Assembly (NCBI GenBank): GCA_964371795.1 | Contig: CAYJON010000002.1 | Coordinates: 1 to 50,347, forward strand | From: an uncultured Akkermansia sp. | GTDB taxonomy: Bacteria; Verrucomicrobiota; Verrucomicrobiia; Verrucomicrobiales; Akkermansiaceae | Length of the DNA: 50,347 nucleotides | Reading direction: 5' to 3' | Position numbers and translations under genes: made by a program | The notes under the pieces: generated by a model | Seen by the model: only the letters and a program-made list of their open reading frames with translations | Databases searched by the model: none | Told to the model about the DNA's origin: nothing | Shown: positions 44,365 through 50,347 of the stretch, piece after piece | Layout: each line of letters begins with the position of its first letter | How positions within the stretch are numbered: the stretch's first letter is position 1

Positions 44365-44589
44365 TTAGTTCACTTTCTTCACATTGGAGATGTGGATGGA
44401 GCCGTCGATTTCCTTCACGCCCCCTTCGGGGTCAGACTCTGTGGGCTTCATTGCCTTCTTGACGGTGCGAGCACCTTCGACGATGACAGTCTGCTTTTTG
44501 AGGTTGATGGAAAGTACAGCGCCACGCTTGCCCTTGCTCTTGCCAGTGATTACTTCTACAGTATCACCTTTCTTCACGTGGGTCTTCAT
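44365..44589 (-). CDS. rplX: 50S ribosomal protein L24, short form (74 aa)
   Basis: [24 protein letters not shown]; start ATG 44589. Confidence 0.95.
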   Translation of the reverse strand: MKTHVKKGDTVEVITGKSKGKRGAVLSINLKKQTVIVEGARTVKKAMKPTESDPEGGVKEIDGSIHISNVKKVN

Positions 44590-44650
44590 CTTGTTGTATT
44601 GGATGGTTTTATTGTGTTTTCCTTCCTGCCGGATTGCGGGAGGGGGCAGC

Positions 44651-44679
44651 ATTCTAGACTATTTTATTTCTAACGTCAA
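44651..44679 (-). promoter_or_regulatory. Promoter of the rplX-secY operon
   Basis: TTGACG-17 bp-TAGAAT. Confidence 0.7.
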
Positions 44680-44759
44680 GAGAAATGTGCTTTTTTTCAA
44701 TATTTTCTGGATTTTATTCTATTCTTGTCACATTTGAGAAACAAAGCAGCTTCATTACG

Positions 44760-44796
44760 AAAAACCACCCTCCCTCGTGCAACGAGGAAGGGTGGT
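44760..44796 (-). terminator. hup terminator
   Basis: ACCACCCTCCCTCGT / ACGAGGAAGGGTGGT stem with an A-tract. Confidence 0.8.
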
Positions 44797-44820
44797 GAAA
44801 ATCATTTATGAAAGAAAAAA

Positions 44821-45129
44821 TTACTTCTTCTTACAGCACTTCTTCTTTGTGCAAGCCTTTTCTGTTTGCTTGAATACAGAAGAAGCCTTGAAACCGAGTG
44901 TCTGGGAAGCTGCGATTTGCATTTCTTCGCCAGTCTGAGGATTGCGGCCGGTGCGAGCTGCGCGCTTCTTCATTTCAAATGTGCCAAATCCAATAATTTG
45001 CACTTTATCAGTAAGTACTGCTTCGCTGATGGAGTCGAGAACAGCCTTGAGAGCTGCTTCAGCGCATTTCTTTGTTGCTTCGGTACCGAGCTTGGCTTGA
45101 ATCTTATCTACAAGTTGAGTTTTGTTCAT
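44821..45129 (-). CDS. hup: DNA-binding protein HU
   Basis: MNKTQLV, GFGTF, RTGRNPQTG, FKAS; promoter TTGATA-16-TAAACT at 45138-45165. Confidence 0.95.
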   Translation of the reverse strand: MNKTQLVDKIQAKLGTEATKKCAEAALKAVLDSISEAVLTDKVQIIGFGTFEMKKRAARTGRNPQTGEEMQIAASQTLGFKASSVFKQTEKACTKKKCCKKK

Positions 45130-45343
45130 AGGGCTTCAGTTTATCATTTTAGCATTGTATATCAAGCACAAAAATGGGGTTTTCATTAAATTAAGCTGTT
45201 TTAACTGATAGCTTATTGAGTAAAATGTATATTAAATGTATAATATGAATATTTGTATCTTATTGATTCAGAATAAAACAGTATTTCCTCGCGAAAGTTG
45301 TTGATTTTGTTATGTTTTTTCTAAGTTTGTTATGAGAATTTTT

Positions 45344-47131
45344 CTAGCGTAGCTCCTCAATGCTTTGCTTGTCGTAGAGCTCTTTGTAGACCTCGCAGCC
45401 TTCATAGAGTTCCTCGTGGCTACCGTCTGCGATGATTTCTCCTTGGTCAAAGACGAGGAGTCTGTGCGCGTGTTGCAGTGTGCTAAAGCGATGAGCCACG
45501 ATGAGGGTGGTGCGCCCCGCACAGAGGGCTTCTAAAGATTGCTGGATCTCGCGCTCTCCCTTGGCATCAAGGGAGGCTGTGGCCTCATCTAGGATGAGGA
45601 TGGGGGCATCCTTCGCAAAGGCGCGGGCGAGGGCGACTCTCTGTCTTTGCCCACCAGATAGTCCTAGGCCTCCCTGACCCAGTTCGGTGTCGAGTCCCTC
45701 TGCTTGGCTGTCCAAGAAGCTGGTGACAGAGGCGGCATCGGCTGCACTTTGGATTTGCTTGTCGCTGGCAAAGGGTTTTCCTAGCGCGATATTATCGCGA
45801 ATGCTGCCTTCAAAGAGTAGCGCATGTTGCCCAACAAGGGCGATGTTGGCGCGCAGCTCTTCTTGGGTGACTTCTCTAATGTCTATATCATCTAGGCTGA
45901 TGCTGCCAGAATCAACATCGTAAAATCGGGGGAGGAGGCTAGCAAAGGTACTCTTGCCTGCTCCACTTGCGCCGACAAGTCCAACAATTTGTCCTGCGGG
46001 TATGTGCAGATTAATGTTGCGTAGTGCCTTGTGTCCTCCTTGCTGGTAGGAAAAGCTGACATTGTCAAAGCGTATGTCCCCACGCACTCCGTGCCAGTGC
46101 TTTGGCTGGACTGGGTCAGTGATGTCATTAGGGGCATCGAGGATGTCGCTGAGGCGTTGTAGGGCACCTTGGGCTTGGTTGAGGCTGTTAATGCTGCGCG
46201 CCGCGCGCTTCATCGCATCAAAGCCCATGTAGAGTGCTGCCGCCAGCGCAAGGAAGTCGGACAGCGTCATGCCGCTGAGTTTCCCCTTTGCCAAAAGGAA
46301 GGCAAGAGCCAAGGCGGTGATGGTCTCCATGATGGGGGTGATGGCTACTTGATACTTTACCATCTTGACGTAGTTGCGCTCATACTTACTACCGCGTTCT
46401 TCAAAGTCGTCAGTCTGCCGTTGTTCTAGGGAGTAGGCGCGCACTTCGCGCTGGCTTTCGATATTTTGCTGTAATATGCTCGTCATTTCGCCCATATCGC
46501 TCTGTATGAGGTGGGAGCGTTTTGCAATGCGTTTCCCAAAGACGACAACGGGGTAGATGGCAAGGACGACAAAAAGGATGTTGACGATGAAGCTCCAGTC
46601 CGCCCCCTGTTGCATGACAAGGAGGAAAAAGGCACTCAGTGCGGCTATGGCGGTGATGGGCTGCTTGATGATATCATTGGAGACGCGGGAGATGACCAAC
46701 TGCACGTTCTGTGTGTCAGCGGTGAGGCGGCTCATCAAGTCGCCTTTCTGCTGTGATTCACTATAAGAAAGAGGAAGATCGAGTATGCGAGAAAAGAAGG
46801 TGAGGCGCAGGTCCTGCAGGATGCGCAGGGAAAGTATATTCACCACCATGGCATTGCCCCACATGGCTATACCTCTTATAATAAAAATGAGTGGCATCAT
46901 GGAGCAGGCAAGCAGCAGGATGTGATGGCTATCCCAATCCGCAACATAGGGGGCGATGGAGGCGGGGAGGGTATCTGTCCCTTGGAATATGACGGGAAAG
47001 ACAGCCCATATCATAAAGGGTAGTCCCATGCCGCTAGCCGCAGCCGCGACAAGCCCCGTGAGCATTGCTAGCAAAAAGAGCCTCCATTGGGGCAGGAGAA
47101 AGAGGCGGGCGAATCGCAAAAATTTCTTCAT
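45344..47131 (-). CDS. MsbA-like ABC exporter (TMD+NBD)
   Basis: TM domain; GASGAGKS, LSGGQRQR, ILILDEAT, AHRFST. Confidence 0.93.
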   Translation of the reverse strand: MKKFLRFARLFLLPQWRLFLLAMLTGLVAAAASGMGLPFMIWAVFPVIFQGTDTLPASIAPYVADWDSHHILLLACSMMPLIFIIRGIAMWGNAMVVNILSLRILQDLRLTFFSRILDLPLSYSESQQKGDLMSRLTADTQNVQLVISRVSNDIIKQPITAIAALSAFFLLVMQQGADWSFIVNILFVVLAIYPVVVFGKRIAKRSHLIQSDMGEMTSILQQNIESQREVRAYSLEQRQTDDFEERGSKYERNYVKMVKYQVAITPIMETITALALAFLLAKGKLSGMTLSDFLALAAALYMGFDAMKRAARSINSLNQAQGALQRLSDILDAPNDITDPVQPKHWHGVRGDIRFDNVSFSYQQGGHKALRNINLHIPAGQIVGLVGASGAGKSTFASLLPRFYDVDSGSISLDDIDIREVTQEELRANIALVGQHALLFEGSIRDNIALGKPFASDKQIQSAADAASVTSFLDSQAEGLDTELGQGGLGLSGGQRQRVALARAFAKDAPILILDEATASLDAKGEREIQQSLEALCAGRTTLIVAHRFSTLQHAHRLLVFDQGEIIADGSHEELYEGCEVYKELYDKQSIEELR

Positions 47132-48990
47132 GAGGCATCAGGGGTTGCGTCAGCTGCATCTTGTTGGCTGACTTGTTCATCGTAGAGGCGGCGGTAAAGG
47201 GCACTTTGCTCATAGAGCTCTGCATGCGAGCCATCGGCAATGATGCGTCCTTCGTTAAAGAGAAGAATACGCTGCGCCATGCGTATGGTGCTAAAGCGAT
47301 GGGCAATGATAAAGCAGGTGCGGTTTTGGGTTAGCCCTGTGAGGGATTCTTGTATGCGCGCCTCGCTGTTCATGTCCAATGCAGAGGTGGCCTCATCTAG
47401 GATAAGGATGGGTGCATCTTTGAGGAAGGCGCGGGCGAGCGAGACACGCTGCTTTTGCCCGCCAGATAATCCAGTGCCTCCCTCTGCTATGGGCATGTTG
47501 AGACCGTCTTTGCGGGTCTGGGTGAACTCATTGACGAGGGCTTGGCTCGCTGCGCGCTCTATTTGCTCTTCACTGGCATCGGGTTGCCCGACGCGAATGT
47601 TTTCCTTAACAGTACCGCGAAAGAGTGCCGCAAACTGAGAGACGAGGGCGATGCTGCGCATGCGATCGCCACGGCTCAGCTGCTTCACGTCAATACCATC
47701 TAGGCTGACGCGCCCTTCTTGTGCATCGTAGAAGCGGCAGATGAGGTTGATAAAGCTGGTTTTGCCCGAGCCACTGGGACCCACGAGGGCGACACATTGC
47801 CCTGCTGGGATCTTGACGCTGATGTCGTGTAGGACGACCTGTTCATCCTTGTAGGCAAAGCTGACATTTTCAAAGTTCACCTCACCGCGCAGGGGGCTGG
47901 GCAGGGGGATGGGGTGGCTAGGCTCTGGCGTGAGATCCTTGGCGCATATAATCTCGTTGATGCCTTGCAGCATGACTTCCATCACGCGACTCTGGTTGAT
48001 CACCACACCTATGCGCTTGATGGGATCGTAGCAGTAGTAAAAAGCCGCAGCTACGGCAGAAAATTGCTCCAGCGTGAGCCCGTCATTGGCTCCGTGATAG
48101 AGGGCAAAGCTGAGACCCAGCGCGCTGACCACCTCAATAGCGGGATTGATGCTATGCTGCCAAGCAGAGGAGCGTAGGATGTACTTGTTGAAAAATGAGA
48201 TTTCTCCCTTGAGGGCTTCTCTTTGGCGGGCTTGCAGGTTAAAGGAGCGCACCTCACGCTGCGCAGAAAAGTTTTCTTCGATGAGGGCATTGATGCGCCT
48301 CATGCCCACGAGAGCCTTGCGCGTGTGCTTGACAATACTACGACCAACGAAGCGCACGAGGGGGACACAGATGGCGGCTATGAGAAAGTTGCCGAGCAGG
48401 GCGGCAGTTTGCTCATTTTGCATGGCGGTGCTGATGAGGTAGTAGAGAGCCGCCAGCAGGGTGAGGGGTTGGCGTACAGCATCGTTGATGATGGAGAGCA
48501 TGGTTTGCTGCACGCTCTGTGTGTACTGGAGGGCGATGGTAATCCACTCCCCGCGAGAATGCTTGTCTAGGTGAGAGAAGGAGAGGAACTGAAGGCTGTA
48601 AAAGACATCCTTTCTCAGGGCTGATAGGATGCGTATGCCTGCCTTGCTGAGGCAAAAAATATTGGTGTAGCTAGCCATGCCGCGTATGAACATGACAGCG
48701 GGGATGAGCAAAGCCGCCCCCCAGAGCAAGAAGTATTCATGATTGCTATGGGGGAAGTGCGTGTTGAGCCATGTTTTGAGCCCCTCTGGCGCACTCTCTG
48801 GGTCAAAGACCACAGGGAAAACACGCTCCAGCATAAAGGGAATACCATAACCCGCACTGGCTGCTGCGATAATGCCTGCAAAGATACCAAAGATGATGAG
48901 CAACTTGTGCTTGCTCGCATACTTAGAGAGGATGGGACGTAGCAGCTGCCAGATGCCTTGGCTTTTTTCTTCTTCTGGGCGGGTGGACAT
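47128..48990 (-). CDS. MsbA-like ABC exporter (TMD+NBD)
   Basis: TM domain; GPSGSGKT, LSGGQKQR, ILILDEATSALD, AHRFST. Confidence 0.93.
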   Translation of the reverse strand: MSTRPEEEKSQGIWQLLRPILSKYASKHKLLIIFGIFAGIIAAASAGYGIPFMLERVFPVVFDPESAPEGLKTWLNTHFPHSNHEYFLLWGAALLIPAVMFIRGMASYTNIFCLSKAGIRILSALRKDVFYSLQFLSFSHLDKHSRGEWITIALQYTQSVQQTMLSIINDAVRQPLTLLAALYYLISTAMQNEQTAALLGNFLIAAICVPLVRFVGRSIVKHTRKALVGMRRINALIEENFSAQREVRSFNLQARQREALKGEISFFNKYILRSSAWQHSINPAIEVVSALGLSFALYHGANDGLTLEQFSAVAAAFYYCYDPIKRIGVVINQSRVMEVMLQGINEIICAKDLTPEPSHPIPLPSPLRGEVNFENVSFAYKDEQVVLHDISVKIPAGQCVALVGPSGSGKTSFINLICRFYDAQEGRVSLDGIDVKQLSRGDRMRSIALVSQFAALFRGTVKENIRVGQPDASEEQIERAASQALVNEFTQTRKDGLNMPIAEGGTGLSGGQKQRVSLARAFLKDAPILILDEATSALDMNSEARIQESLTGLTQNRTCFIIAHRFSTIRMAQRILLFNEGRIIADGSHAELYEQSALYRRLYDEQVSQQDAADATPDAS

Positions 48991-49000
48991 GATGGGGGGA

Positions 49001-50200
49001 TTAGCCTAGACGCTGACGGAAGTCATCGTAGTTAAAGCGCTTTTGTAATTCCAAACTGCCATCAGTCCGCAAGAGGCAAATATCAGGGTGCATGACACCG
49101 TTGAAGTGCGTCGTTTTCACCATGGTGTAGTGACTCATGTCATCAAAGACAAGTACATCTCCTATCTCCAAGGGACGGGGAAAGCTGTAATCACCGATGA
49201 CGTCACCCGCGAGGCAGGTGGGCGCTCCCAGTCTGTAGCTATGGGGTAGTTGCTCCGTCTCTCCCGCCAGCGCGTAATGCTCTTCGGGGAGACTTAGGGC
49301 TGGTTGACAGTCACTGCGCAGTGCTTCAGCGCAACGCAAGAAAACATCTGGACGGTAGGGCATCTCAAGCACGTCGGGCATGTGCGCAGAGGCACTGACA
49401 TCCAAGATGGCATGTCTGTAGCCTAGGGAATCAAAGATATCAAGCACCTCGGCACGCAGCACACCTGTGTGTATGCACCACGCCTCACCGGGTTCGAGGT
49501 AGACTTCCAGCTGATAGCTTTGCTGGATCTCACGTAGGAGGGCGCAGAGGGCAGGGCGGTCGTAGTCGGGCTTGCTAATCCAATGTCCTCCGCCTAGGTT
49601 GAGGTAAGTGAGCTGTCCAGACAGTAGCAGCTCTGAAAACTGTGCTTCAAAGGCCTTCCACGTGCTCAGCAAATCATCAAATCCCTGCTCGCAGAGGGTA
49701 TGAAAGTGCAGCCCAGAGAGTCCCGAGAAATCAAAACCCTCTAGCTGCTCCTTGGGTATGCCGAGGCGAGAGCCCGCAACACAGGGATCGTAGAGGGGGG
49801 TATGTCCCGTAGAGTGGCATGGATTGATGCGCAGCCCAGCGCGCAGCTCTCCTGACTGGTAGCGTGGGTGCTGTGTGATGCTGTCTTTGAAGTTATGCCA
49901 CTGGGAAAGGCTGTTAAAGTCGAGGTGATGGGCAAAGCCCAGCAGCTCCTCCATCTCCTCCTTCCTGTAGGCAGGGGAGTAGACGGCAATATCTCCACCT
50001 ATGCAGTCACGTCCAAGCCGTGCCTCATAAAGCCCCGAGGCGCAGCATCCTGCGGCAAAGGGGCGAAGCAAATCCAAGCCAGCAGGCATGGAAAAGGCCT
50101 TGAGCGCGACAAGCATCCTTGCCCCGCTATCCTCCGCGACATCGCGGAGGATACGCGCGTTGTGCTCTAAGGCGAGCTGAGAGCTAATAAACTGCGCCAT
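49001..50200 (-). CDS. nspC: Carboxynorspermidine decarboxylase
   Basis: ALKAF (PLP Lys), LYDPC..GSRLG, HFHTLCEQ, EPGEA, HMPDVLEMPYRP, CLAGD, HYTMVKTTHFNG. Confidence 0.95.
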   Translation of the reverse strand: MAQFISSQLALEHNARILRDVAEDSGARMLVALKAFSMPAGLDLLRPFAAGCCASGLYEARLGRDCIGGDIAVYSPAYRKEEMEELLGFAHHLDFNSLSQWHNFKDSITQHPRYQSGELRAGLRINPCHSTGHTPLYDPCVAGSRLGIPKEQLEGFDFSGLSGLHFHTLCEQGFDDLLSTWKAFEAQFSELLLSGQLTYLNLGGGHWISKPDYDRPALCALLREIQQSYQLEVYLEPGEAWCIHTGVLRAEVLDIFDSLGYRHAILDVSASAHMPDVLEMPYRPDVFLRCAEALRSDCQPALSLPEEHYALAGETEQLPHSYRLGAPTCLAGDVIGDYSFPRPLEIGDVLVFDDMSHYTMVKTTHFNGVMHPDICLLRTDGSLELQKRFNYDDFRQRLG

Positions 50201-50248
50201 AGTGAGAGGGCTGTTTAATAAGGGGCAGGAGGATGTCTATGCAGAGAT

Positions 50249-50347
50249 TTATGCGCCTTCTGCAGGTAGTGCTACTTCCTCTGCGCTTGCTTCAGCAGGG
50301 TCTGTGGCAGCGCGGTTTTCGCTGATGACCTGTGCTTGCAGTTCCTT
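50249..50347 (-). CDS. 3' end of a gene entering from beyond the window, unidentified
   Basis: Open frame KELQAQVISENRAATDPAEASAEEVALPAEGA* running off the right edge. Confidence 0.5.
   Translation of the reverse strand, partial: KELQAQVISENRAATDPAEASAEEVALPAEGA

Noticed and set aside
45170..45340. AT-rich spacer with a tandem AAATGTATA repeat (possible origin or operator)
   Set aside because: No DnaA boxes recognised; such repeats are expected by chance in AT-rich DNA upstream of hup
1..50347. tRNA, rRNA, tmRNA, CRISPR arrays, prophage or clear defence operons
   Set aside because: None recognised in the intergenic gaps; the SNF2 gene has no methylase or nuclease neighbours to suggest a defence island

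Overview
Chromosomal window from an Akkermansia-like member of Verrucomicrobiota (inferred from PEP-CTERM proteins, the autotransporter style and the ribosomal gene arrangement). Housekeeping genes: rsmA-Nudix fusion, SNF2 helicase, aroD, hisG, mcsA-mcsB-clpC, trxB, rnc, rpsT, menC, a split spc operon (rplX..secY), HU, two MsbA-like ABC exporters and nspC. Surface and glycan genes: beta-propeller protein, passenger-less autotransporter, PA14-like protein, GH33 sialidase with an HGSNAT/NagX-like partner, GH172, and three PEP-CTERM proteins. No tRNA, rRNA, CRISPR array, transposase or prophage gene was seen. Most notable: (1) two adjacent Pmp-repeat PEP-CTERM genes, apparently identical over about 2.25 kb but with diverged promoters and final codons; (2) an McsB homologue that has lost most kinase motifs; (3) SecY with an extra C-terminal membrane helix; (4) many sigma70 promoters 6-9 nt from start codons, implying leaderless mRNAs; (5) a 34-aa bS22/AURKAIP1-like gene missing from the ORF track; (6) a nested inverted-repeat element at the left edge. 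All calls come from manual motif recognition; no database searches were run.
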